64,000 bases of DNA from Candidatus Oxydemutator sp. (GTDB lineage Bacteria; Pseudomonadota; Gammaproteobacteria; Poriferisulfidales; Oxydemutatoraceae), in contig OZ241883.1 in NCBI GenBank assembly GCA_965203445.1, positions 1,344,001-1,408,000 of the forward strand, given 5' to 3'. This document shows positions 9,925 through 20,188 of the stretch, piece by piece. The notes beneath the pieces are model-generated. The model did not search any database. It had not been told where the DNA came from and worked only from the letters and a program-made list of their open reading frames with translations. Numbering within the stretch: the stretch's first letter is position 1; each line of letters opens with the position of its first letter. Position numbers and translations under genes: made by a program.

Positions 9925-10353
9925 GTGCCGTCTCCCACCCCCAAATTCCCCGCCATCGTTCGCCCCGTCCTTGCGGCGTATCCGGACGTTCAGGCCGTTT
10001 ATCTGTGCGGCACCTGGGGGACGGCGGATCAGCGGCCCGACAGTGATCTGGACGTCGGCGTGTTGTTGCCGCCCGCGACGGCGCGCGCGGTCGAGCCTTC
10101 GGCGTGGCATGGTCTTGCGGCCGAAGTGGCGCTGGCTGCAAAGGTGGAGCACGCCGATCTGGTCAACGTGCTTACCGCCCCGGTGATTTTGCGCAAGGAA
10201 GTGGTCGCCGCCGACCGGCGCATATATTGCGCCGACGAAAACGCCGCCGCCGAGTTTGAAATGCTGACGTTGTCCATGTACCAGAAGTTCAACGACGAGC
10301 GCCGGGAAATCGTCGAAAGCGGTCTGAGCGGCGGAAGGTTTTATGACGTCTGA
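9925..10353 (+). CDS. mntA: Minimal nucleotidyltransferase antitoxin (MntA-like)
   Basis: VYLCGTWGTADQRPDSDLDVGV (GS..DxD variant), DLVN; probable GTG at 9925; overlaps HEPN gene. Confidence 0.75.
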   Translation: MPSPTPKFPAIVRPVLAAYPDVQAVYLCGTWGTADQRPDSDLDVGVLLPPATARAVEPSAWHGLAAEVALAAKVEHADLVNVLTAPVILRKEVVAADRRIYCADENAAAEFEMLTLSMYQKFNDERREIVESGLSGGRFYDV

Positions 10354-10759
10354 CGTGTTGTTGCAGAAGAAGGCCGGCCTCGAGCGGTGCATACGGCAGG
10401 CGCGGGCGTATTACGCGACGCCGTCGGAAAATCCCTTCGCCAATGATTTTTACAAGCAGGACGCGGTCGTCATGAATCTACAGCGCGCCTGCGAACAGTG
10501 CATTGATATGGCCAATCACGTGGTTCGGCTGAAGAAACTGGGGCTGCCGTCCACCAGCGCCGAGAGTTTTGTCATGCTGCGCAAGGCGGGCCTCATAGAC
10601 GCCGCTATGGAAAAGCAGTTGATCGGCATGGTGGGATTCAGAAACGTCATTACCCATCGGTATCAGGACCTTGATTATCGGCGGGTAGAGGAAGTGATAA
10701 GGCGGCATGCCGACGACTTGATCGCCTTTGCCGACGTTATGGTGGCTTTACCAAAGTAG
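10343..10759 (+). CDS. hepT: HEPN/DUF86 ribonuclease toxin (HepT-like)
   Basis: NLQRACEQCIDMANH, GFRNVITHRY (RX4HXY). Confidence 0.85.
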   Translation: MTSDVLLQKKAGLERCIRQARAYYATPSENPFANDFYKQDAVVMNLQRACEQCIDMANHVVRLKKLGLPSTSAESFVMLRKAGLIDAAMEKQLIGMVGFRNVITHRYQDLDYRRVEEVIRRHADDLIAFADVMVALPK

Positions 10760-11084
10760 CGTTTTCCGATGGCGCGGGCAGGCGGCGTTACCGACCCCGA
10801 AAACAAAGGGAATTGTGTAGCAAAATCCGCTGCGTTACGTCCGACTGTTTTGTGGCTGCCGTCAATATCCGATAAACTATTGTTATATAATTGTTTTATC
10901 CTCAAAACGCGGTCTTCGGACACGATTTCCCGAAATATATGCGATCGCCGTGTATGCCCGTGCCCCAGGCCCGTTTTCGGCTATTGCGGTCTTCGTGTTA
11001 TACTGAATCACATATGCCGGCAGGCCCGCGGGCGCACCGGCGTTGCCAATTCCAAAGATCAAAATGAAAGAGGAGGTTCCAACG

Positions 11085-12455
11085 ATGGCAATATTTTCGC
11101 GCTCCGTCCTGACGGTAGCCTTGTCCATGGTAGTGGGTATGGCGTCCACGGCGCACGCCGATGAGACCTGTATGTCTCCCTACATGGCCAAGATTGTCGG
11201 TCAGGAGGATTACGTCTATGTTTGGACGCTCGGCATGGAAGGGCTGGGCGACGAGCAGGACAAACTGGTGACGATAGACGTCAAACCTGGTTCCGGCACC
11301 TACGGCAAAATAGTTCATACACTGTCGGTCGGCGGGCGCAACGAAGCGCACCACTCGGGCTTGACCGACGACCGCCGTTATTTGTGGGCCGGTGGCCTCG
11401 ACACCAACAAAATCTTTATCTTCGACGTTCACAGCACTCCGCGCCAGCCGCGGCTGCACAAGGTCGTCACCGACTTTCCCGCCAAGACCGGCGGCATGAC
11501 CGGCCCGCACACGTTCTACGCGCTGCCCGGCCGTATCATGATCTCGGCCTTGTCGAACAACAAGGACAACGGTGGTCGCACGGGTCTGGCCGAATACACC
11601 AATGAGGGCGAGTTCGTCGCGGCGCACTGGATGCCGACCGACGACAACCTGCGTGGCGCCGTCAAGAGCGGCAAGCTGGCCGACGGTTACGGCTACGACG
11701 TGCGCGTGCTGCCGCGCCGCAACGTCATGCTGACGTCGTCGTTCACCGGCTGGTCGAATTACATGATGCCGCTGGGGCAGATGATGCAGGACGCCGAGGC
11801 GATGAAGCGTTTCGGCAACACCATGGTGCTGTGGGATCTGCACACGCGCAAGCCGAAGAAAGTGTTTGACGTGCCGGGCGCGCCGCTCGAGATTCGTTGC
11901 GCGTGGGGCTCGCAGCACGACTACTGCTTCACGACCACGGCGCTGACTTCCGAGTTGTGGGTCATCTACGAGGATGAGCACGGTGAGTGGCACGCCAAGA
12001 AGAGCGCCGACATCGCCAGAGGCGAGGGCGAGCCGGACATCCCGTTGCCGGTGGACATCTCGATCACCGCCGACGACAAGGGCATGTGGATACAGACGTG
12101 GTTCGACGGCAAATCCCGCTACTTCGACATCAGCGACCCGTTCAACGCCAAGCAGGTGTACGAGCACAAAATTGGCGAGCAGGTCAACATGATCTCGCAG
12201 AGCTGGGACGGTAAGCGTTTGTATTACTCGTCGTCGTTGCTGGCGAATTGGGACCGCCAGGAAGGCCAGCATGACCTTCAGTACGTGAAGCTCTATCACT
12301 GGGACGGCAAGCAGGCCTCGCTTCAGTTCGAGATTGACTTTCTTGAAGAGAAGCTCGGGCTTCCGCACCAGATGCGTTTTGGCGCCTACTCGCTGTACAG
12401 CGGTATCGCCGACGACGCGGAGACCAAACTGACCGAAGCTGAAGTCATTCAGTAA
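11085..12455 (+). CDS. mtoX: Methanethiol oxidase (SBP56/selenium-binding protein family), exported
   Basis: Signal peptide ending AHA, then DETCMSPYMAKIVGQEDYVYVWTLG...GRNEAHH...GPHT...SSLLANWD...PHQMRFG; RBS GAGGAGG before ATG 11085. Confidence 0.88.
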   Translation: MAIFSRSVLTVALSMVVGMASTAHADETCMSPYMAKIVGQEDYVYVWTLGMEGLGDEQDKLVTIDVKPGSGTYGKIVHTLSVGGRNEAHHSGLTDDRRYLWAGGLDTNKIFIFDVHSTPRQPRLHKVVTDFPAKTGGMTGPHTFYALPGRIMISALSNNKDNGGRTGLAEYTNEGEFVAAHWMPTDDNLRGAVKSGKLADGYGYDVRVLPRRNVMLTSSFTGWSNYMMPLGQMMQDAEAMKRFGNTMVLWDLHTRKPKKVFDVPGAPLEIRCAWGSQHDYCFTTTALTSELWVIYEDEHGEWHAKKSADIARGEGEPDIPLPVDISITADDKGMWIQTWFDGKSRYFDISDPFNAKQVYEHKIGEQVNMISQSWDGKRLYYSSSLLANWDRQEGQHDLQYVKLYHWDGKQASLQFEIDFLEEKLGLPHQMRFGAYSLYSGIADDAETKLTEAEVIQ

Positions 12456-12510
12456 ATCCTCAGTCCGTTCCGGGGCAAGGCGGGGGCGCGTCGCGCTCCC
12501 GCCGCCCCTA

Positions 12511-12897
12511 TTGTGGGAGGCTTACCGAAGGGTAGTTTTCCGCTTGCAGGAGCCGCTCGACCCGGGTGGCACTTTCTCCATTCTGACCGCCGACAACCCG
12601 CGTGGCGAAATCAGCGACGCGCTTGTCAACCGTCGCGCCGAACGCGCGCTTTTTCGAGAACTTCTTCTTTGGTGCAAGCCGTCGCGCCTGCAAGGATGCG
12701 CGCCCGACGGCGGCCATTGCGAGAACAGTTTCGCGGCTTCCATCACGCGGCGCCTGGCGCAGACGCTCGCCGGGCGCTACCGCCAGAACGCGCTGTACTG
12801 CGTTGAAAAAGGCGTGCTCTATCTGGTGCCGTGCCGGATGGACGGCCGCCGCCGGGAGCGCCTCGGTTTGTTTGCCGAGCGCGTCTTCCGCTGGTGA
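12511..12897 (+). CDS. DUF3293 family protein
   Basis: FSILTADNPRG, E.SF, YRQNALY motifs. Confidence 0.65.
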   Translation: MWEAYRRVVFRLQEPLDPGGTFSILTADNPRGEISDALVNRRAERALFRELLLWCKPSRLQGCAPDGGHCENSFAASITRRLAQTLAGRYRQNALYCVEKGVLYLVPCRMDGRRRERLGLFAERVFRW

Positions 12898-12901
12898 TGC
12901 G

Positions 12902-13114
12902 ATGTACGTCTGCGTTTGCAACGCCATTACCGAGGAGCAGGTTCGCCGCGCCATCGCCGCCGGCGCGAACAGCCCCGACGACCTGTGCGCGGTGCTCGGC
13001 CTCGGCGATCAGTGCGGAAAGTGTCTTGAATACGCGCGCCGCTACTTTTGTGGGGAGACGTCGGATGCGCCGCCATACGAGTCCCGCCACGCGAGTCCGA
13101 ACGGCGGGTTATGA
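12902..13114 (+). CDS. bfd: Bacterioferritin-associated ferredoxin
   Basis: MYVCVCNAITE...QCGKC; upstream of bfr. Confidence 0.9.
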   Translation: MYVCVCNAITEEQVRRAIAAGANSPDDLCAVLGLGDQCGKCLEYARRYFCGETSDAPPYESRHASPNGGL

Positions 13115-13158
13115 GCAAATTACGAATAACTATCAGCGTGCGATTTATTCGCGTTTGC
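13115..13158. promoter_or_regulatory. Imperfect inverted repeat resembling Fur-type boxes between bfd and bfr
   Basis: GCAAATTACGAATAACTATC...GATTTATTCGCGTTTGC; AT-rich dyad in an iron-storage locus. Confidence 0.4.
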
Positions 13159-13234
13159 AGGCGGCGTTCGGCGACGTTTTCCCGGTTATACTCGACCGGA
13201 CAAACCGGGCTACGACCCACGGAGGTGACGTTCG

Positions 13235-13699
13235 ATGAAAGGTGACGGCAAGGTGATAGAGCACTTGAACAAGGTGCTGCGCAACGAGTTGACCGCGATC
13301 AACCAGTACTTTCTGCACGCGCGGATGTACAAAAACTGGGGATTGCACAAACTGAACGAACACGAGTACAACGAATCCGTTGACGAGATGAAGCACGCCG
13401 ACGCGCTGATCGAGCGCATCCTGTTTCTGGAGGGCCTACCCAACATGCAGGACATCGGCAAACTGCTGATCGGTCAGCAGCCGCGCGAGATGCTCCAGTG
13501 CGACCTCGATCTGGAGCGCGCGGCGGTGCCCGACTTGAAGGCCGCGATAGCGCACTGCGAGCAATGCGGCGACTACGTCTCGCGCGAGCTGTTCGAGAGC
13601 ATTCTCGACGGCGAAGAGGAGCACATAGACTGGCTGGAGACGCAGTTCGACCGCATCTCACGGGTCGGCATAGAAAACTATCTCCAGTCCATGATGTGA
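13235..13699 (+). CDS. bfr: Bacterioferritin
   Basis: [12 protein letters not shown]...[12 protein letters not shown]...DEMKHAD...[11 protein letters not shown]. Confidence 0.97.
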   Translation: MKGDGKVIEHLNKVLRNELTAINQYFLHARMYKNWGLHKLNEHEYNESVDEMKHADALIERILFLEGLPNMQDIGKLLIGQQPREMLQCDLDLERAAVPDLKAAIAHCEQCGDYVSRELFESILDGEEEHIDWLETQFDRISRVGIENYLQSMM

Positions 13700-13908
13700 G
13701 GAGCGGGCCGACGGGCAACGCGCCGAGCGCCCAGAGGTCGCGCTTCCCGGCTGTGATTTCATCATGGCGAGCGATGGACGCATAGCTTCGGTGAAGGGGT
13801 TTTTCGACCCCGCCGGGCCGATGGCCCGACCGAACTTCGCAACGCCGTAGATCGCGGCGCCGGATGGCGCCCCTCTCCGTCGAGAGAGGGGCAAAGACGA
13901 GGGAAATC

Positions 13909-14262
13909 TGGTGGAGGCGGCGGGAATCGAACCCGCGTCCGCCTATTCTCCGCCTTCGGCACTACATGCTTAGTTCGTCTCTATACCGCGGTCGTTTTTG
14001 ACGAACAAAAAACCCGACCGGGTTGTTCGCGTTGAAGTTTTAACCAGGCGGCCGCGAACGAGTCTCCTGGCGAGCTTGTGATTCGTCTCCCGCTCCGGCG
14101 CCACAAGCACCGCCGGGCGGAAGGCATAGCCGGTTGTTTAGGCCGCTAGTGCGTAGTTGTCTTCGTTGGCAACTATTGTTTTGCAGCAAGTTTAACGAGT
14201 TTCGCTGCACGCTCGGCATGCGCCTCTGGTTTCGCAATACGCGTCGAAGCCAAGTCGCCCCC
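13909..14262 (-). ncRNA. ssrA: tmRNA
   Basis: Minus strand 5' GGGGGCGACTTGGCTTCGAC; 3' GGTTCGATTCCCGCCGCCTCCACCA; tag reading ANEDNYALAA-stop. Confidence 0.96.
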
Positions 14263-14310
14263 AGAGGATGGAAGTATAGCACGCCGGCGCAACCTCCGGC
14301 GCGGGCGCAC

Positions 14311-14340
14311 CGGGCGTCCATGGGTGTCTATGGGTGTCTA
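14311..14340. repeat. 10-bp tandem repeat (CGGGCGTCCA TGGGTGTCTA TGGGTGTCTA) abutting TATAAT
   Basis: Read directly in the ssrA/purL divergent intergenic region. Confidence 0.7.
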
Positions 14341-14385
14341 TAATGGGGGGGCGGCGGCCTTGCCGACGGCCCCGCCCGCGCCCCG

Positions 14386-17300
14386 ATGGACGACATGCAG
14401 ACCCTTTACGGCCCCGCGCCTTTGTCCGATTTCCGGCGCCGGCAGTTGCGCGAGCGCCTGCACGCCGTCTGTCCCTCGTTGTGCGACTTGCAGATCGCCG
14501 CGGTCTATTTTGTCGACGTGCGCGGTGCTCTCGGCGATGACGAGCGCGCACGCTTGTCGTCGCTGCTCGGGCCTGCCGCCGGTGGCGACGCTCCCGTTGA
14601 TGCGCCCGCGCCGGGCGCCTTGGTCTACGTGATTCCGAGAACCGGCACGGTGTCGCCGTGGTCGAGCAAAGCCACCGATATATTCCACGTGTGCGGCCTT
14701 AAGCGCGTGCGCCGCGTCGAGCGCGGCTTTTGCTACCGGATCGGGACGCGCCGCGAACCGTCCGCGGCCGAGCGCACCGCGTGCGCGCGCCTGCTGCACG
14801 ACCGCATGACCGAGCAGACGTGCTGCTCGCCGCCGCCCGCGCACCGGTTGTTTGTCGCCGGCGACGCAAGACCGTTGCGCGAGATCGAACTGGATGGCGA
14901 CGCGCGCGCCAAACTGCAAGCGGTCAACCGCGACTGGGGACTCGCGTTGTCGGACGACGAGATCGAATACCTGCTCGGGCATTACGCGCAGCAGCGGCGC
15001 GCGCCGACCGACGCCGAACTGATGACGTTTGCGCAGGCCAATTCCGAGCACTGCCGCCACAAGCTGTTCAACGCCGAGTGGACGCTCGACGGGCGCCGCT
15101 GCCCGCGCACGCCGTTCGAGATGATCCGGCACACGCACGCCTGCTCGCCGCGCGGCGTGCTGTCGGCGTACGCGGACAACGCCGCGGTCGTCGCCGGCGC
15201 GCGCGCGCGGCGCCTGATCGTGGACGCGGACACGCGAAGTTACCGTTGCTCGGAAGAGCGGCAGCCTTTCCTGATCAAGGTCGAGACGCACAACCATCCG
15301 ACCGCGATCTCGCCGTCTGCCGGGGCCGCGACCGGCGCCGGCGGCGAGATCCGCGACGAGGCCGCGACCGGCCGCGGCGGGCGTCCCGCGGCCGGGCTTA
15401 GCGGTTTCAGCACGTCGAATCTACGCATCCCCGGTTTCACGCAGCCGTGGGAGGGCGCCGAAAGACGTCCGTCGCGGATCGCCTCGCCTTTGCAAATCAT
15501 GATCGAGGGGCCGGTCGGCGGCGCGCGTTTCAACAACGAGTTTGGGCGCCCGAACCTGTGCGGTTATTTCAGGACTTTCGAACGCGAGGAACGCGGGCGG
15601 TCGTGGGGGTACCACAAACCGATCATGGTCGCGGGCGGTCTCGGCAGCCTGCGCGGGAGCCACGTCGCCAAGCGGGTGTTTGCCGACGGCACGCCGTTGG
15701 TCACGTTCGGCGGACCGGCGATGTTGATCGGCCTGGGCGGCGGTTCGGCCTCGTCGGTCGGCGGCGGCGCGCGCGCCGAGGAACTCGACTTCGCGTCGGT
15801 GCAGCGCGACAACGCCGAGATACAGCGGCGCTGCCAGGAGGTCATCGAGCGGTGTGCGGCGCTTGGCGACGACAATCCGATTCTGGCAATCCACGACGTC
15901 GGCGCTGGCGGTCTTGCCAACGCGCTGCCGGAGTTGGTTCACGGCGCCGGCCTGGGCGGGTGCTTCGAGTTGCGCGAAGTGCCGTGCGCCGACGCCGGCC
16001 TGTCGCCGATGGAGATCTGGTGCAACGAGGCGCAGGAACGCTACGTCGCCGCGGTCGCCGCCGACAAGCTCGACGAGTTCATCGGGTTTTGTCGGCGCGA
16101 GCGCTGCCCGGTCGCGCTCCTCGGGCGCGCCACCGCGGCGCGTCGGCTCGTCGTTACGGATCGCCTGCTCGGGCGCGACGCGGTGTGCATGCCGATGTCG
16201 GTGTTGTTCGGCGATGCGCCGCGTTCGTCGCGCTCGGTGGCGACGCCGTCCGTCGTCGCGACGGACGCGCGCGCCGCGACGACGGATGACGTTCGATTGG
16301 ACGACGCCGTCGAGCGCGTGTTGAAGATGCCGGCGGTCGCGTCCAAGTCGTTTTTGATAACGATAGGCGACCGCAGCGTCACCGGCCTGGTCGCGCGCGA
16401 CCAGATGGTCGGCCCGTGGCAGGTGCCGGTCGCCGACGCCGCGGTCACGCTGGCGGATTATTCGGGCTACGCCGGCTACGCCATGGCGCTCGGCGAACGC
16501 GCGCCGGTCGCGCTCGCCGACGCGCCCGCGTCGGGGCGTCTCGCCGTGACCGAGGCGCTGCTGAACGTCCTGTCCGCCGGCGTGGGTGCGCCGGGCGACG
16601 TCCGGCTGTCGGCCAACTGGATGGCCGCCGCCGGCGATGACGCGCAGGCGACGGCGTTGTTCGAGACCGTGCGCGCGGTGGCCGAGGAATTGTGCCCGGC
16701 GTTGGGCATTGCGATACCGGTCGGCAAGGACTCGCTGTCCATGCAGATGGCGTGGCGCGACGATGGCCGCGAGGAGCGCGTCGTCTCGCCGTTGTCCCTG
16801 GTGGTCTCGGCTTTCGCCGCGGTCGCCGACGTGCGCAACGCGCTGACGCCGCAACCCGACGCGCAAACGCCCGGCGCAAGGCTGTGGCTGCTCGATTTGT
16901 CCGGCGGCAAGAATCGCCTCGGCGGGTCGTGTCTGATGCAGGCGTACGGGCGCGCCGGAGGCGCGCCTCCGGATCTCGACGACCCTCAAAAAATCATCGG
17001 CCTGTTCGGTTTGTTGCGCGAGTTGCGCGCGCGCGGGTGGTTGCTAGCGTACCACGACCGCAGCGACGGCGGCCTGTTCGCGTGCCTGGCCGAGATGGCC
17101 TTCGCCGGACGTTGCGGCGTGCGTTGCGCATACGAAGGCGCGCATGAGGAACTGCCGGCGTTTTTGTTCTCGGAAGAGCCGGGGGTCGTTGTTCAGACGC
17201 CGCCTGCGGCGACGCCGGCGCTGCCTGCGCTCGCGCGCCGCCATGGGTTGGACGGCGGCTGCCGCGACCTCGGCTGCTGCACGCTCGAGCAACAGTTTGT

Positions 17301-18291
17301 CATTGACGGGCGCGGGTGGTCTCAGTCGTGGCCGGTGATGCGCCTCAAGCGGTGGTGGTGGGAGACCAGTTATCGCATCCAGGCGTTGCGCGACCATCCC
17401 CTGTGCGCGGCCCAGGAGCGCGACAAGGTCTGCGATCAGAACGATCCCGGGCTGGGCGCGTCGCTGACCTTCGACCTCGCCGGCGCCACCGCACCGCCGG
17501 CGCACGCGCATGCCGGCAAGCCGCCGAAAGTGGCGATTCTGCGTGAACAGGGCGTCAACGGCCACGTCGAGATGGCGGCGGCTTTCCTGCGCGCCGGCTT
17601 CGACGCCTGCGACGTGCACATGAGCGACCTGATCGAGGGGCGCGAGGATTTGCGAACCTTCCACGGGCTTGCCGCCGCCGGCGGTTTTTCGTACGGCGAC
17701 GTATTGGGCGCCGGCGCCGGTTGGGCGCAGTCCATCCTGCTGCATCGGCGCGTGCGCGACGTGTTCGCCGCCTTTCTCGCGCGCGAGAACACGTTCACGC
17801 TGGGTGTGTGCAACGGTTGCCAGACGTTGTCGCGCATAGCCGGGATGATTCCGGGGGCCGCGCATTGGCCGCGCTTCGAGGGCAACGCTTCCGAACAATT
17901 CGAGGCGCGCCTGGTCATGGTGCGGGTGCTGCCGTCGGCTTCGATCCTGCTGGACGGCATGGAAGGTTCGGTATTGCCGGTCGTCGTCGCGCACGGCGAG
18001 GGGCGCGCCGCGTTTGCAGGCGAGGACGCACTGCAACGGGCCAAACCGTACGCCTGCCTGCAATACGTGGACGGCGACGGTCGCGCCACCGAACGCTATC
18101 CGGAAAATCCGAACGCGAGCAGCCACGGCTATACCGGCTTTTGCAGCGAAGACGGTCGCGTCACAATCATGATGCCTCATCCCGAACGGGTGTTTCTTAG
18201 CCGCCAGCATTCCTGGCATCCGCCCGAGTGGGGCGAGGCCGGCCCGTGGTCGCGGTTGTTCGAGAACGCGCGGCGTTGGCTTGCGACGTAA
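14386..18291 (+). CDS. purL: Phosphoribosylformylglycinamidine synthase (large type)
   Basis: AQANSEHCRHK, KVETHNHPT, IHDVGAGG, GGFSYGD, GVCNGCQ, MMPHPER. Confidence 0.98.
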   Translation: MDDMQTLYGPAPLSDFRRRQLRERLHAVCPSLCDLQIAAVYFVDVRGALGDDERARLSSLLGPAAGGDAPVDAPAPGALVYVIPRTGTVSPWSSKATDIFHVCGLKRVRRVERGFCYRIGTRREPSAAERTACARLLHDRMTEQTCCSPPPAHRLFVAGDARPLREIELDGDARAKLQAVNRDWGLALSDDEIEYLLGHYAQQRRAPTDAELMTFAQANSEHCRHKLFNAEWTLDGRRCPRTPFEMIRHTHACSPRGVLSAYADNAAVVAGARARRLIVDADTRSYRCSEERQPFLIKVETHNHPTAISPSAGAATGAGGEIRDEAATGRGGRPAAGLSGFSTSNLRIPGFTQPWEGAERRPSRIASPLQIMIEGPVGGARFNNEFGRPNLCGYFRTFEREERGRSWGYHKPIMVAGGLGSLRGSHVAKRVFADGTPLVTFGGPAMLIGLGGGSASSVGGGARAEELDFASVQRDNAEIQRRCQEVIERCAALGDDNPILAIHDVGAGGLANALPELVHGAGLGGCFELREVPCADAGLSPMEIWCNEAQERYVAAVAADKLDEFIGFCRRERCPVALLGRATAARRLVVTDRLLGRDAVCMPMSVLFGDAPRSSRSVATPSVVATDARAATTDDVRLDDAVERVLKMPAVASKSFLITIGDRSVTGLVARDQMVGPWQVPVADAAVTLADYSGYAGYAMALGERAPVALADAPASGRLAVTEALLNVLSAGVGAPGDVRLSANWMAAAGDDAQATALFETVRAVAEELCPALGIAIPVGKDSLSMQMAWRDDGREERVVSPLSLVVSAFAAVADVRNALTPQPDAQTPGARLWLLDLSGGKNRLGGSCLMQAYGRAGGAPPDLDDPQKIIGLFGLLRELRARGWLLAYHDRSDGGLFACLAEMAFAGRCGVRCAYEGAHEELPAFLFSEEPGVVVQTPPAATPALPALARRHGLDGGCRDLGCCTLEQQFVIDGRGWSQSWPVMRLKRWWWETSYRIQALRDHPLCAAQERDKVCDQNDPGLGASLTFDLAGATAPPAHAHAGKPPKVAILREQGVNGHVEMAAAFLRAGFDACDVHMSDLIEGREDLRTFHGLAAAGGFSYGDVLGAGAGWAQSILLHRRVRDVFAAFLARENTFTLGVCNGCQTLSRIAGMIPGAAHWPRFEGNASEQFEARLVMVRVLPSASILLDGMEGSVLPVVVAHGEGRAAFAGEDALQRAKPYACLQYVDGDGRATERYPENPNASSHGYTGFCSEDGRVTIMMPHPERVFLSRQHSWHPPEWGEAGPWSRLFENARRWLAT

Positions 18292-18316
18292 CGATAAACC
18301 CCCCCTATTGTGCTCC

Positions 18317-18380
18317 CTCTCCCTCTGGGAGAAGTTGTCCGCAGGCCCATAATGTAACCCTCTCCTCCTAGGAGAGGGTG
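18317..18380. repeat. Dispersed REP-like element, copy 1
   Basis: CTCCCTCTGG...CAGGCCCATAATGTAACCCTCTCTCCTAGGAGAGGGTGG; near-identical copy at 60251-60316. Confidence 0.8.
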
Positions 18381-18504
18381 GGCGGCTTCCATGAGGGCCG
18401 TTCCGCCCTTGTACACCAGTAAGGGAACGCCCCCACGGCGTTCCCGACTGAGATACTATGTATAATCCTTCGATACAACCTTCGCCATAGCCAGAGGTGG
18501 TCGT

Positions 18505-19449
18505 ATGTTGATACAAATCCGCAACCGTGTGCGGCCGAAGCCGTCGGAAATCACGCCGCACGCGTTGTACCTGAGGCGCCGCGAGTTCATCAAGGCGGGC
18601 GGCGGCGCGTTGGCGGCCGGGTTGTTGCCGGGGCTGGCCGCGGCGGCCTTGGGGCCCGACTTCGGCGATCTTCCCGACAGCCGCTACAACACCGACGAGA
18701 AGCTCACGTCGTACGAGAACGTTACGACGTACAACAACTTCTACGAGCTTGGCAGCGGCAAGGACGACCCGCACCGAAACGCCGACGCGTTGATCACCGA
18801 GCCGTGGAGCATCCGCGTGTCGGGCGAATGCAACAAGCCCGGCGTCTATTCGGTCGAGGACTTCGTCAAGCCGTATCAGCTCGAGGACAGGATATACCGG
18901 CTGCGCTGCGTCGAGGCGTGGTCCATGGTGATTCCGTGGGTCGGTTTCGAGGTCGCCCGCGTGTTACAGCGCTGCGAACCGAACTCCGCTGCGAAGTACG
19001 TCGCCTTCACGTCGGTGCTCGATCCCGAGAATCTGCCGGGGCAAGCGCGCCGCGTGCTGGACTGGCCGTACACCGAGGGTTTGCGGCTGGACGAGGCGAT
19101 GAACCCGCTGGCGATTTTTGCGGTCGGCCTCTACGGCAAGGTGCTGCCGAACCAGAACGGCGCGCCGCTGCGCTTGGTCGTGCCGTGGAAGTACGGCTTC
19201 AAGAGCATCAAGTCCATCGTCTCTATCGAGCTGACGCGCACCGAGCCGCCGACGGCGTGGGGACGGTCGGCGCCGCGTGAATACGGCTTTTACTCGAACG
19301 TCAATCCCGGCGTCAGCCACCCGCGCTGGTCGCAGAAGCGCGAACGGCGCATCGGCGAGTTTTTCAAGCGCGATACGCTGATGTTCAACGGCTACGCCGA
19401 CGAGGTCGCCCACCTCTACGCGGGCATGGATTTGAAAAAATACTATTGA
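18505..19449 (+). CDS. msrP: Protein-methionine-sulfoxide reductase catalytic subunit
   Basis: SEITP, Tat [40 protein letters not shown]. Confidence 0.97.
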   Translation: MLIQIRNRVRPKPSEITPHALYLRRREFIKAGGGALAAGLLPGLAAAALGPDFGDLPDSRYNTDEKLTSYENVTTYNNFYELGSGKDDPHRNADALITEPWSIRVSGECNKPGVYSVEDFVKPYQLEDRIYRLRCVEAWSMVIPWVGFEVARVLQRCEPNSAAKYVAFTSVLDPENLPGQARRVLDWPYTEGLRLDEAMNPLAIFAVGLYGKVLPNQNGAPLRLVVPWKYGFKSIKSIVSIELTRTEPPTAWGRSAPREYGFYSNVNPGVSHPRWSQKRERRIGEFFKRDTLMFNGYADEVAHLYAGMDLKKYY

Positions 19450-19450
19450 T

Positions 19451-20095
19451 TTGAGCAAGGCCACGGTTCCCGGCGCGCTGCCCTCGGCGAACGACCGGCG
19501 GGGCGCCCTGACAACGCGGGTTTTCGTTCACGCCGCCTGCCTGACGCCGCTGGCGTGGCTTGCGTGGCAGGGGCTGCACGCCGGCCTCGGCGCCAACCCC
19601 ATCGAGTACATCACGCGCTTCAGCGGCGACTGGACGCTGCGCCTGCTGCTGATCACGCTGTCGTTTCGTCCCGCGGTCCGCCTGCTGCGCGCGCCGCGCC
19701 TGCTGCGCTACCGCCGCGCGGTCGGTCTCTACGTTTTTTTCTACGCGCTGTGTCATTTCACCACCTACGTGTGGTTCGACCAGTTTTTCGATTGGCCGTC
19801 CATCGTCGAGGACGTCGCCAAGCGTCCGTTCATCCTCGCCGGCTTCACCGCGTTCACGTTGCTGATCCCGCTGGCCGCGACCTCGAACGACCGCGCGGTG
19901 CGCTGGTTGCAACACCGCTGGAACGTGCTGCACCGCCTGGTCTACGTGATCGCCGCAGTCGGCCTGTTGCACTACTGGTGGCTGGTGCGCGCCGATTTTC
20001 TGAAGGCCTGGGTCTATCTCGTGATCCTGGCGGCGTTGCTGGGATGGCGGCTTGCGCGGTTCGTCGGAGCGCGCTACTCAGCCATTGCGAAATAA
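19451..20095 (+). CDS. msrQ: Methionine sulfoxide reductase heme-binding membrane subunit
   Basis: LGANPIE, RRAVGL, KRPFI, LAATS, LHRLVY; follows msrP. Confidence 0.95.
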   Translation: MSKATVPGALPSANDRRGALTTRVFVHAACLTPLAWLAWQGLHAGLGANPIEYITRFSGDWTLRLLLITLSFRPAVRLLRAPRLLRYRRAVGLYVFFYALCHFTTYVWFDQFFDWPSIVEDVAKRPFILAGFTAFTLLIPLAATSNDRAVRWLQHRWNVLHRLVYVIAAVGLLHYWWLVRADFLKAWVYLVILAALLGWRLARFVGARYSAIAK

Positions 20096-20188
20096 CGGAA
20101 CGTTTGTCCAGGACGTGGTGGCCCCGTACAATGCGTTGACAGCGCCCGGTAACGCGGCTACGATGGGTGCTGGCGTTAGCGCGGGGCA

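Larger units (their letters stand above)
1..10759 (+). other. Defence island 1 (left edge outside window)
   Basis: Co-directional run of RM, HEPN, PIN and TA genes with visibly AT-richer segments than the core genes. Confidence 0.75.

Noticed and set aside
10769-11164. 131-aa ORF and possible IHF/sigma54 sites upstream of mtoX
   Set aside because: No protein motif and it overlaps the mtoX start; the AT-rich dyad near 10871-10900 is suggestive but no convincing -24/-12 element was found
13700-13908. Element integrated at the ssrA 3' end
   Set aside because: No integrase and no duplicated ssrA 3' fragment seen in the window
14338-18774. Long antisense and alternate-frame ORFs over purL (likewise over res, pabB, lysS, the TonB receptor)
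   Set aside because: High-GC shadow ORFs with no recognisable motifs opposite well-supported genes
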